From Candidatus Nomurabacteria bacterium (GTDB taxonomy: Bacteria > Patescibacteriota > Minisyncoccia > Phycocordibacterales > UBA9973), in assembly GCA_025361085.1 (NCBI GenBank), contig JANYAX010000036.1, forward strand, positions 7,208-71,207: a stretch of 64,000 nucleotides of DNA, read 5' to 3'. The notes below the pieces were generated by a model that worked only from the letters and a program-made list of their open reading frames with translations, was not told where the DNA came from and made no database searches. The translations under genes were made by a program, and so were the position numbers. Numbering within the stretch: the stretch's first letter is position 1; every line of letters begins with the position of its first letter. This document shows positions 18,806 through 28,005 of the stretch, piece after piece.

Positions 18806-20155
18806 ATGAAAGGAAGAATATATATAAAAGAATTAAATAAGTGGATGGGCAAAGAAGTAATGATTGCTGGCTGGGTTGATGTCCGTCGCGATCAAGGGAA
18901 AATGATTTTCTTGGATTTTCGTGATATGACCGGAAAGGTGCAAGGTGTTATTTTACCCAATTACACCGAGACTCTTGAAGTTGGAAAAACTTTGCGTAAT
19001 GAATTTGTCGTAAAAGTAAAAGGAAAAGTAAATGAACGCCCAGAGCGCAACAAAAAAGCCGATACATTAAATGGTGAACTCGAACTTGAAATACTTGAGA
19101 TTGAGGTGCTTGCTGAAGCGGCTACTTTGCCTTTCGATATGTCACTTACTGGCTACAATCTCGAACTCACAACAGAGCTCGATAATAGAGCTTTAGTTAT
19201 GAGACAACCCAAAGTTCAAGCAATCTTCAAAGTTACTGAAACTATCATAGATTCGTTCCGCGAATTTATGAAAAATAATTCTTTCTTTGAATTCCAAGCT
19301 CCAAGTATCACTCCAGCGACAGCCGAAGGTGGAGCCGAAGTTTTTCAAGTAGATTATTTTGGTAAAAAAGCATATTTGTCGCAATCGCCACAACTTTACA
19401 AACAGATTGTAATGTCGGCATTCGAAAGATGTTTCTCTGTGAACAAAGTTTTTCGCGCTGAACCATCTTCAACCACTCGTCACTTGACTGAAGTTGTTTG
19501 TTTGGATGCTGAAATGGGCTTTATCGATTCGTGGCGCGATGTTCGCGATATGGCCGAAGAAACTTTCCGATATATACTTAAACAAGTTGAAACAAAAAAT
19601 GCCGAGCATCTTAAAATGCTCGGGGCTGATTTACCTGTAATGATCGACAAAACCCCGACTTATTCTTTACGTGAAGTTCAGCAAAAAATATTTGAAGTCT
19701 ACGGCAGAGACGTTCGTGGTGAGAAAGATACGAATCCGCAAGATGAACGTGAGATTTGCGAAATAGTCAAAAAGGAAACTGGTTCGGACTTCGTGTTTAT
19801 CTATGGTTACCCAACTCGCAAGAAGCCTTTCTATGTTTACCCAAATCCAGAAGAACCAGAATTCAACGAAGGAATGGACTTGATTTGTCGTGGAGTTGAA
19901 TGGCTCTCGGGCGGGCGAAGAATAAACAAATACGACCAGCTCGAAGAGCATGTGAAAATTTGGGGCATGGATCCAAATAAGATCAAAATGTTTTTGGAAG
20001 CATTCAAATACGGAGTTCCACCAGAAGGCGGGTTCTCATTTGGTGCTGAACGCATAACCATGCAACTTCTCAACCTAAAAAACATCCGCGAAGCTTGCAT
20101 GTTCCCACGCGACATGAACAGAATTGACGAACGTTTAAGTGAAGAAGGGTATTAA
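18806..20155 (+). CDS. aspS: Aspartyl-tRNA synthetase, archaeal/non-discriminating type (class IIb)
   Basis: 449 aa; OB anticodon-binding N-terminus, class II motifs, C-terminal GGFSFGAERITM; short length and gatB nearby favour the ND-AspRS type. Confidence 0.8.
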   Translation: MKGRIYIKELNKWMGKEVMIAGWVDVRRDQGKMIFLDFRDMTGKVQGVILPNYTETLEVGKTLRNEFVVKVKGKVNERPERNKKADTLNGELELEILEIEVLAEAATLPFDMSLTGYNLELTTELDNRALVMRQPKVQAIFKVTETIIDSFREFMKNNSFFEFQAPSITPATAEGGAEVFQVDYFGKKAYLSQSPQLYKQIVMSAFERCFSVNKVFRAEPSSTTRHLTEVVCLDAEMGFIDSWRDVRDMAEETFRYILKQVETKNAEHLKMLGADLPVMIDKTPTYSLREVQQKIFEVYGRDVRGEKDTNPQDEREICEIVKKETGSDFVFIYGYPTRKKPFYVYPNPEEPEFNEGMDLICRGVEWLSGGRRINKYDQLEEHVKIWGMDPNKIKMFLEAFKYGVPPEGGFSFGAERITMQLLNLKNIREACMFPRDMNRIDERLSEEGY

Positions 20156-20185
20156 AACACAAATTTTATTAAAGAATTCCCAAAT

Positions 20186-20218
20186 CCCCCAGATAGTGGC
20201 AAGGCCACTATCTGGGGG
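20186..20218. repeat. Second copy of the CCAGATAGTGG-CAAGG-CCACTATCTGG palindromic hairpin, about 30 nt after aspS stop
   Basis: Same 27-nt core as 3248..3274; extended here by CCC/GGG. Confidence 0.6.
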
Positions 20219-20542
20219 ATTGACTTTATGGGTTTTGAGATGTAGAGTGAAAGAAAAATTCAAACATTAATTAAATTAACAACAAAATGTATCCTGCGCA
20301 GCCGCAAAAGAACTGGAGGCTGATGGATATATAATTTCAAATATTCCGAGGAACAACGATGGGATTAAAAATAGAATCTCATGGGTGTAATAATGATGGA
20401 CCGTCGCAATCAGCGACGGTTTTCATTTGAAAAAGTAACTCTCACGAAAATGTTTTGTGTATCAGACACCTAGCAAGGGGTGCCTTTTCTACCTTTCAGT
20501 GGCCTTTTTTATATTAAATTTGCGTGTTATAATTGAAAGGTA

Positions 20543-21385
20543 ATGAAAAAAGAAATCATACGGTCACTTGTAAATAACTTTGAATCTTGTGCTAAAAAAA
20601 CCGAAGAAGGAATAGAATTTTGGCTTGCTCGTGATTTACAACAACTTTTAGGATATGACAAGTGGGATAATTTTTTAAATGTTATCTCAAAAGCAAAAAT
20701 ATCTTGTGAAAATAGCGGTAATAATGTTTCTGATCATTTTGCCGACGTCGGGAAAACGATCCAAATGCCTAAAGGTGCCCAAAAAGAAGTGCCAGATTTA
20801 ATGCTCACTCGTTATGCTTGTTATTTAATTGCCCAAAATGGTGATCCTCGAAAAGAAGAGATATCTTTTGCCCAAAATTATTTTGCAGTTCAAACAAGAA
20901 AATTTGAAATCATTGAAAAAAGAATTCAAGAATTTGAAAGAATAAAAGCTCGTCATAAACTTACAGAGACCGAGAAAGAATTATCAAGCGTTATTTTTCA
21001 GCAAACACACAGCGACAAAAATTTTGCCCTTATTCGGAGTAAAGGAGATAAAGCTTTATTTGGGTATGGAACAAGTGAAATGAAAACAAGATTGGGTATT
21101 CCACAAAGTAGAGCGCTTTCAGATTTTCAACCAACAATTCTCTTAAAAGCAAAAGATTTTGCAACAGAAATTACGATTTTTAATACAAAAGCAAAAGGGC
21201 TAAGGACTGAACAATTAATTTCAGATGAGCATATAACTAACAATCGAAGTGTGCGTAAAACACTTATTGAGCGTGGCATCCGTCCAGAAAGTTTACCAGT
21301 TGAAGAAGATATTAAAAAAGTAGAAAGAAAGCTGTCGTCAGATGCTAAGAAAAATTTTAAAAAGCCAATAAAACTTAAAAAATAA
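20543..21385 (+). CDS. dinD: DinD-family protein (DNA-damage-inducible protein D-like)
   Basis: 280 aa; EFWLARDL, SDHFAD, LTRYACYLIAQNGDP, YFAVQTRK and FALIRSKGDKALFGY match blocks recalled from E. coli DinD. Confidence 0.6.
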   Translation: MKKEIIRSLVNNFESCAKKTEEGIEFWLARDLQQLLGYDKWDNFLNVISKAKISCENSGNNVSDHFADVGKTIQMPKGAQKEVPDLMLTRYACYLIAQNGDPRKEEISFAQNYFAVQTRKFEIIEKRIQEFERIKARHKLTETEKELSSVIFQQTHSDKNFALIRSKGDKALFGYGTSEMKTRLGIPQSRALSDFQPTILLKAKDFATEITIFNTKAKGLRTEQLISDEHITNNRSVRKTLIERGIRPESLPVEEDIKKVERKLSSDAKKNFKKPIKLKK

Positions 21386-21432
21386 TTAAGATGTAAAGTA
21401 GAAGAATATTAATTAATAAATTTAAAAAAATT

Positions 21433-21822
21433 ATGGATGATTGTATTTTTTGTAAAATTGCAAAAGGGGAGATACTAAGTGAAAAAGTTTACGAAGATGA
21501 TGGTTTCTCTGCTTTTTTGGACATGAATCCTGTAGCTAAAGGCCACACTCTTCTAATACCCAAAAAACACGTAAGGTGGATGAAAGATTCTCCTGATGAA
21601 CTAATCAGTAATATTTTTATCCTCGCTAAAAATCTTATGATAAAAATCCAAGAAAAATTACAATGTGACTATGTCCAACTTTCCGTAGTTGGGGAAGAAA
21701 TAGGCCATTTTCATATACATTTAGTTCCTACATTTTTTAACCAAAAATTAGCAAAGTGGGATAAAACTAATTATGAATCAAAAGATGAAATGAAAAATTA
21801 TGCCCAAAAAATACGAGAATAA
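21433..21822 (+). CDS. HIT-family (histidine triad) nucleotide hydrolase
   Basis: 129 aa; HFHIHLVP histidine-triad motif. Confidence 0.8.
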   Translation: MDDCIFCKIAKGEILSEKVYEDDGFSAFLDMNPVAKGHTLLIPKKHVRWMKDSPDELISNIFILAKNLMIKIQEKLQCDYVQLSVVGEEIGHFHIHLVPTFFNQKLAKWDKTNYESKDEMKNYAQKIRE

Positions 21823-21824
21823 TT

Positions 21825-22604
21825 ATGTCTGAAATTGCTTCACAATATCAAATTAAACAGGGAACTTTCGAGGGGCCACTAGAGCTCCTACTTTCGCTTA
21901 TTGAACAAAGAAAGCTTTTTGTAAATGAGATATCGCTTGCCGAAGTTACAAATGATTATATCGCATATATTAAATCATTATCCGACGTTCCTAGCGACAA
22001 GCATATCGCGAATGTTTCGTATTTTATTTTGATCGCGGCAACTCTTATACTTATCAAATCAAAATCATTACTGCCCAATCTGGCGCTTACTGACGATGAG
22101 ACCGAGAAAATTTCTGATCTCGAGAATAGATTGAGGTTATACAAGGTTATAAAAAATGCGAGCGTTGAAATAAAAAATAATTTTGGAACGAAAATAATTT
22201 TCATGCCTAGTGAACGTATCTGGAGCGAGCCATTATTCTCACCAGATTCTACAATCACAATAAGTAGCATGAGCGATAGCATCAAAGATGTTCTTAATCA
22301 TGTTCCCAAAAAGGTTGAGAAGCTTCCTGAAATTGAAGTTAAGAAAATTATTAACATCGATGAAATAATAAATAGTCTGACCGACCGTATTCAAAATGCC
22401 ATGAATTTATCATTCAAAGCATTCACACAAAGTCAAGGTGCCGAAAATGTCGAGGAAGCAAAAGTCCATGTTATCGTTTCATTCCTTGCTATGTTAGAAT
22501 TGGTTAGAGAAGGAATAATAGACGTTATGCAGAATTCTTCTTTTGGAGATATAGAAATTAACAAACAACAAGTTCCCATAGGTCTGACCTATGGGCAGAA
22601 TTAA
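21825..22604 (+). CDS. scpA: Segregation and condensation protein A
   Basis: 259 aa; N-terminal FEGPLELLLSLIEQRKL typical of ScpA; followed by scpB. Confidence 0.8.
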   Translation: MSEIASQYQIKQGTFEGPLELLLSLIEQRKLFVNEISLAEVTNDYIAYIKSLSDVPSDKHIANVSYFILIAATLILIKSKSLLPNLALTDDETEKISDLENRLRLYKVIKNASVEIKNNFGTKIIFMPSERIWSEPLFSPDSTITISSMSDSIKDVLNHVPKKVEKLPEIEVKKIINIDEIINSLTDRIQNAMNLSFKAFTQSQGAENVEEAKVHVIVSFLAMLELVREGIIDVMQNSSFGDIEINKQQVPIGLTYGQN

Positions 22605-22634
22605 AAGAATAAGTCCATAGGTCAGACCTATGGG
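22575..22634. repeat. Two tandem copies of 21-bp perfect palindrome CCATAGGTC-N-GACCTATGG (22575..22595 inside scpA 3' end, 22614..22634 intergenic)
   Basis: cccataggtctgacctatggg and tccataggtcagacctatggg, 18 nt apart, immediately upstream of scpB. Confidence 0.55.
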
Positions 22635-22643
22635 AAAACAACC

Positions 22644-23198
22644 ATGTCCATTGAACTTGAGGCAAAAATAGAAGGATTACTTTTTTATAAAGGAGAAGAT
22701 GTTGAAGTCAAGAAGTTGGCCGAACTTTTAAAAGTTTCAGTCGAAGAAATGGAAGAAGCATTGAAAAAACTTGAGCAATCTTTGACTGGGCGTGGACTTG
22801 TGCTTGTTCGCAAAGATGATTCTGTAGTACTTGGTATAACCAGTGAATTAAGTTCTTTGATCGAATCCATTCGCAAAGATGAAATAACAAAAGAACTCAC
22901 AAAATCATCTCTTGAAACGCTGTCTATCATTTTATACAAGAATGGAGTATCCCGAAGTGAAATAGATTATATCCGCGGAGTGAATTCTAGTTTCATCCTT
23001 CGCAATTTACTCGTTCGCGGACTTATAGAAAAAATTACCGATCCAAAAGATAGTAGACGTTTCCTCTATAGACCAACATTCGATACTTTATCATTTATGG
23101 GAATTACTTCGATAAAAGAATTACCAAACTACGATGAAGTTTTAGCTCAATTACAAGAAGTTATAAAACAAGAAGAAAATCATGATCAACTCTCTTAA
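22644..23198 (+). CDS. scpB: Segregation and condensation protein B
   Basis: 184 aa; EGLLFYKGE N-terminus and tandem winged-helix layout typical of ScpB. Confidence 0.8.
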   Translation: MSIELEAKIEGLLFYKGEDVEVKKLAELLKVSVEEMEEALKKLEQSLTGRGLVLVRKDDSVVLGITSELSSLIESIRKDEITKELTKSSLETLSIILYKNGVSRSEIDYIRGVNSSFILRNLLVRGLIEKITDPKDSRRFLYRPTFDTLSFMGITSIKELPNYDEVLAQLQEVIKQEENHDQLS

Positions 23199-24240
23199 AA
23201 TATTTTTACCGGCTGTTATAAGTTTTATTATTGGGATATTGTTGACCCCCATTGCTACGCATTATTTTTTCAAATATAAAATGTGGCGCAGATGCTCTAG
23301 AAACGAGAATATTCCAGTCGAGAAATTAAGCGGTTTTGCTAAAATTCATGACGACAAAGCAGAAATATCTACTCCTCGCACTGGTGGTATAATTATTTGG
23401 GCTTCTGTGATTCTAACGCTTGCGGTTGTGTGGATTTTCGACTTTGTCTTTGATGGCGTCATCAGTACCAAATTATATTTTATTACTCGAAACCAGACAC
23501 TTCTTCCATTCTTCACTCTCATTGTTGCTTCACTTATAGGTCTTGGTGATGACTTTTTACAAATTTTTGGTCGTGGTAAGTGGACAACCGACCCAATAAT
23601 TTTGCGATATATAAAAATAGGAATTATTTTATTGTTAGGTCTTGTCATCGGTTTGTGGTTTTATTTTAAACTCGGTGTTACTGAATTATATATTCCATGG
23701 TATGGATTTATCAATCTCGGTTTTTTATTTATCCCCTTTTTTATTCTGGTCATGCTTTCTCTTTGGTCAACGAGTGTAATCGATGGTGTAGATGGCCTTT
23801 CTGGTGGAGTTCTCGCTTCGATATTCATGGCTTATACTATTATCGCTTTCTTTAATAATCAGGCCGATCTAGCAACATTTTGTGCGGTGATTACTGGTGG
23901 AATACTTGCTTTTTTGTGGTTCAATATTCCTCCTGCACGATTTTATATGGGAGAAACAGGCATGATTGGGCTTACCGTCACGCTGTCGGTTATCGCATTT
24001 ATGACCGATACAGTTTTACTTTTGCCGATAATTGCATTTCCGCTATTTATTACTGCACTTTCTGATGTAATTCAAATTGCCTCACGAAAGCTTCGCCATG
24101 GTAAAAAAGTTTTCTTATTTGCCCCACTCCATCATCACTTTGAAGCTATTGGTTGGTCAAAACCAAAAATTACTATGCGCTACTGGATCGTAGGGATCAT
24201 GACATCAATCATCGGAGTTATAATTTCGCTTATTAGTTAA
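23182..24240 (+). CDS. mraY: Phospho-N-acetylmuramoyl-pentapeptide transferase (GT4 MraY/WecA family)
   Basis: 352 aa polytopic; DD motifs and HHHFE near C-terminus; sits in mraY-ftsW-murG order. Confidence 0.75.
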   Translation: MINSLKIFLPAVISFIIGILLTPIATHYFFKYKMWRRCSRNENIPVEKLSGFAKIHDDKAEISTPRTGGIIIWASVILTLAVVWIFDFVFDGVISTKLYFITRNQTLLPFFTLIVASLIGLGDDFLQIFGRGKWTTDPIILRYIKIGIILLLGLVIGLWFYFKLGVTELYIPWYGFINLGFLFIPFFILVMLSLWSTSVIDGVDGLSGGVLASIFMAYTIIAFFNNQADLATFCAVITGGILAFLWFNIPPARFYMGETGMIGLTVTLSVIAFMTDTVLLLPIIAFPLFITALSDVIQIASRKLRHGKKVFLFAPLHHHFEAIGWSKPKITMRYWIVGIMTSIIGVIISLIS

Positions 24241-24253
24241 AACGAAAAGGTTA

Positions 24254-25369
24254 ATGAAGCAAAATAAAATTGATAAAGTATTTTTTGGTATTGTAATCGC
24301 TCTTGTTGTTATAGGGTTGATCGCTTTTACTTCTGCATCACTTGGGATATTGGCTAAAAGCGAAACAAAATTTTACAGTGTGATATTCAGCCAGTACGTA
24401 TTTGGATTTTTGGGTGGGTTAATCGCTCTTGTCATTGGGCTTAAAATCCCTTACAAACTATTGAGAAAGCATTCACTTGTTCTATTTATTCTTTCAATAA
24501 TATTAACTGGACTAGTCTTGGTTCCAGGTATTGGGCAGACGCACGGTGGCGCGCGCAGATGGGTAGAGATTTTTGGTTATTCATTCCAACCAGTTGAATT
24601 TCTAAAAATTGGATTTATTATTTATTTTGCGGCGTGGCTATCATGGGCAAAAGGAAAAGTTCGCGATCCTATTTTCAGTGTTTTACCTCTTGTGGTTATG
24701 CTCGGAGTTATCGCGGGGGTATTACTCAAACAGCCTGACACAAAAAGTATCATACTTATAACTATCACTGCTGCTGTTATGCTATTTGTCTCTGGAGCTC
24801 CGATCAAATATATTCTAGGAATTGTCGGGCTATCAATCATTGCGCTTGTGATACTTGTATCATTCAAACCTTATTTGAGAGAAAGAGTAAATACATTTCT
24901 AAATCCTGGCGAAAATAGTAGAACTTCATCATATCAACTTCAGCAATCACTCATTGCTGTTGGATCAGGTGGAATAATGGGGCGAGGACTAGGCCAGAGT
25001 ATTCAAAAGTTTAATTATTTACCTGAGCCACAAGGGGACTCGATCTTTGCTGTTTATGGCGAAGAAATGGGATTTGTAGGAACAGCAGTTTTGATTTGTC
25101 TTTATCTTGCCTTTGTTCTGCGCGGTTATCGAATCGCGATTCGCAATGCACCAGATTCATTTGCAAAATTGCTCGTAATCGGGATAGTGACCATCATCAC
25201 AGCTCAATCATTTATGAATATCGCCTCAATAATCGGGGTCTTTCCTCTGACGGGAGTGCCTCTTGTATTCATTTCTCAAGGAGGAACAGCATTACTTCTT
25301 TCGCTTGGTATGGTTGGGATAGTCTTAAACATTTCACGATTCCAGGTTAAAGCTATAGTGGAAAGATAA
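24254..25369 (+). CDS. ftsW: SEDS-family peptidoglycan glycosyltransferase FtsW/RodA
   Basis: 371 aa, 10 TM, SEDS-typical periplasmic loop; between mraY and murG. Confidence 0.8.
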   Translation: MKQNKIDKVFFGIVIALVVIGLIAFTSASLGILAKSETKFYSVIFSQYVFGFLGGLIALVIGLKIPYKLLRKHSLVLFILSIILTGLVLVPGIGQTHGGARRWVEIFGYSFQPVEFLKIGFIIYFAAWLSWAKGKVRDPIFSVLPLVVMLGVIAGVLLKQPDTKSIILITITAAVMLFVSGAPIKYILGIVGLSIIALVILVSFKPYLRERVNTFLNPGENSRTSSYQLQQSLIAVGSGGIMGRGLGQSIQKFNYLPEPQGDSIFAVYGEEMGFVGTAVLICLYLAFVLRGYRIAIRNAPDSFAKLLVIGIVTIITAQSFMNIASIIGVFPLTGVPLVFISQGGTALLLSLGMVGIVLNISRFQVKAIVER

Positions 25370-25395
25370 TCAAAAATACGATATAATTTGGGTAT

Positions 25396-26532
25396 ATGAA
25401 AATATTACTTACAGGAGGTGGAACAGGGGGGCATTTTTATCCGCTTATTGCTATTGCTGAAAAGCTTATAGAAGTTGCCGATAAAGAAAAAATCATTGAC
25501 TTAAAACTTTATTATATGTCAGACAAGCCGTATGATAAGCGTTTACTTTTCGAAAACAACATTCGTTTTGTTCAGATTCCTGCAGGTAAAATGCGCACAT
25601 ATTTCTCGGTTAGAAACTTTTTTGATATGTTCGCTACGGCAACTGGCGCATTTTTTGGTTTAATCAGCATGTTTTTTATTTATCCTGACGTGGTTATATC
25701 AAAAGGTGGTTATGCCGCTTTTCCAGCAGTTCTTGCTGCAAAGTTATTGAGAATCCCAGTCATAGTTCACGAATCCGATTCATACCCAGGAAGACAAAAT
25801 GTTTGGACAGCAAAGTTCGCTTGGCATGTCGCTATTTCTTGGCCAGAAGCAATCGAATATTTACCAAAAGAAAAAACAATTCTAACGGGGCAACCAATTC
25901 GTAAAGAAATTTTACACGGCGATCCAAATGGCGCGCTCGAATACTTCAAATTGAAATCAGATCTTCCTATTATTCTTGTCATCGGTGGTTCTCAAGGAGC
26001 AGAAATCATAAATAATATTATTGTCGACATACTCCCAACTCTTTTATCGAAGTACCAAATTATTCACCAGACTGGGCCTAATAATATCGAAGAAGTATTG
26101 GGGCGTTCAAAATTGTTAATGGAAAATAATCCAAATATCGATAGATATGCACCGATACCATACTTAAATAATCTTGCTACTCGTATGGCCGCTGGCTGTG
26201 CCAATCTTGTGATTTCGCGCGCCGGATCTGCAATCTTTGAAATCGCATCATGGGGGATTCCTTCTATTATTATTCCGATCACCAATTCAAATGGTGATCA
26301 CCAAAGGAAAAACGCATACAATTATGCTCGAAACGGTGCGTGTGAAGTCGTAGAAGAAGCAAACCTAACTTCTCATTTATTGGTAGCAGAAATTGATAAA
26401 ATTTTATCGTCTCCACAAAAAATGGCACAGATGAAGACCAATGCGCTTACTTTCGCTTCGCCTGACGCCGCCGATAAAATCGCAAAATCTGCCATTGATT
26501 TAGCACTTACTCATGAAGAAAAAGAAAATTAA
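25396..26532 (+). CDS. murG: UDP-GlcNAc:lipid I GlcNAc transferase MurG
   Basis: 378 aa; GGGTGGHFYPLIAIAEKL N-terminal glycine loop, GT28 fold. Confidence 0.85.
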   Translation: MKILLTGGGTGGHFYPLIAIAEKLIEVADKEKIIDLKLYYMSDKPYDKRLLFENNIRFVQIPAGKMRTYFSVRNFFDMFATATGAFFGLISMFFIYPDVVISKGGYAAFPAVLAAKLLRIPVIVHESDSYPGRQNVWTAKFAWHVAISWPEAIEYLPKEKTILTGQPIRKEILHGDPNGALEYFKLKSDLPIILVIGGSQGAEIINNIIVDILPTLLSKYQIIHQTGPNNIEEVLGRSKLLMENNPNIDRYAPIPYLNNLATRMAAGCANLVISRAGSAIFEIASWGIPSIIIPITNSNGDHQRKNAYNYARNGACEVVEEANLTSHLLVAEIDKILSSPQKMAQMKTNALTFASPDAADKIAKSAIDLALTHEEKEN

Positions 26533-26537
26533 TAAAC

Positions 26538-27983
26538 ATGGATACAAATTCAAACAAAAAAATAGTTACGCGTTTTGCTCCTTCACCGACAGGGTTTATG
26601 CATGTGGGGAATTTGAGAACAGCACTTTTTACATATTTGCTTGCAAAAAAGAATGATGGAACATTTATTTTAAGAATTGAAGATACTGATAAAGAAAGAG
26701 AGGTATCAGGAGCAACAGAACATATATTAAAAGTACTTAAATGGGTTGGAATAAGCTGGGATGAGGGTCCAGATATCGGAGGCCCAAATGCGCCATATAC
26801 TCAATCTGAAAGATTAAATATATATAAACAATATGCAGAAAAGTTAATTGAAAAGGGGCTAGCATATCCCGACCCATACACAGAAGAAGAAGTTGAGACA
26901 TTACGCAAAAAAGCAGAAAGCGAAAAACGACCATTTTTATATCGAGAATACCGACCTGAAACTTTTGGTATTTGGGATGGTAAAAAACCTTTGAGATATA
27001 AAGTTCCAGAGGTAAAAGTTTTTCGTTGGCACGATTTGGTGTTTGGTGATTTATCCGCGGGACCAGAAGCATTGGATGATTTCATCTTGATTAAAAGTGA
27101 TGGTTATCCTACTTACAATTTTTGTCATATTGTTGATGATATAGAAATGGGAATTACTCATGTTGTTCGGGGTCAAGAATATATTTCTTCTATTCCAAAA
27201 TATCTTTCTTTGTATGAATCCTTAGAGGTAACACCACCGTTTTATATTTGCATGCCTCATATAATGGGAAAGAATGGAATTAAAAAATTAGGTAAAAGAG
27301 ATGGAGCTAAAGATGTTCTCGATTATGAAAAAGAAGGATATTTACCTGCGGCAATGGTGAATTATTTAGCTTTGCTTGGTTGGCACCCAAGTGATGATAA
27401 GGAATTGTTTTCAATGGATGAATTAAAAAAAGTATTTGATGTAAATCGAGTTCAAAAATCAGGAGCGCAGTGGAATGATGAAAAACTTGATTGGATGAAT
27501 AAAGAATATATCAAACTTCTAGATAAAGAAACTCTTCAAAATAAAATTTTTGAACAATTACCAGAAGAATTAAAAAAAGAAAAGTTGGTACCAATCATCG
27601 CTGAACGAATTTCTAAATTTAGTGATATAAAGACAATGCTTGAAAATAAAGAGCTGGACTTTTTCTATAAGAAACCAGAATATCAAAAAGAAAAACTTTT
27701 ATTTAAAGATACTACTATTGAAAAAACGATTATCAATTTGAGCACAGCATTAGAATCATTCGAAAAATTTGGAAAAGACGATTATACAAAAGAGAAGATT
27801 AAGATAGCATTAATGGAGATCGCTGACCACGAAAAAAGTAGAGGGGAAGTGCTACACCCAGTAAGATTTGCATTATCAGGCCTCGATAAATCGCCAGATC
27901 CATTCATTTTAGCCGAAATACTTGGCAAAAATGAGACAATTTCACGTTTAAATGAGGCTATTAGATTATTAAAAACGCAATAA
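26538..27983 (+). CDS. gltX: Glutamyl-tRNA synthetase
   Basis: 481 aa; PSPTGFMHVGNLRTALF (HIGH), KLGKRDG (KMSKS variant). Confidence 0.9.
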   Translation: MDTNSNKKIVTRFAPSPTGFMHVGNLRTALFTYLLAKKNDGTFILRIEDTDKEREVSGATEHILKVLKWVGISWDEGPDIGGPNAPYTQSERLNIYKQYAEKLIEKGLAYPDPYTEEEVETLRKKAESEKRPFLYREYRPETFGIWDGKKPLRYKVPEVKVFRWHDLVFGDLSAGPEALDDFILIKSDGYPTYNFCHIVDDIEMGITHVVRGQEYISSIPKYLSLYESLEVTPPFYICMPHIMGKNGIKKLGKRDGAKDVLDYEKEGYLPAAMVNYLALLGWHPSDDKELFSMDELKKVFDVNRVQKSGAQWNDEKLDWMNKEYIKLLDKETLQNKIFEQLPEELKKEKLVPIIAERISKFSDIKTMLENKELDFFYKKPEYQKEKLLFKDTTIEKTIINLSTALESFEKFGKDDYTKEKIKIALMEIADHEKSRGEVLHPVRFALSGLDKSPDPFILAEILGKNETISRLNEAIRLLKTQ

Positions 27984-28005
27984 TGAGGTATAATACAAGA
28001 TATTA

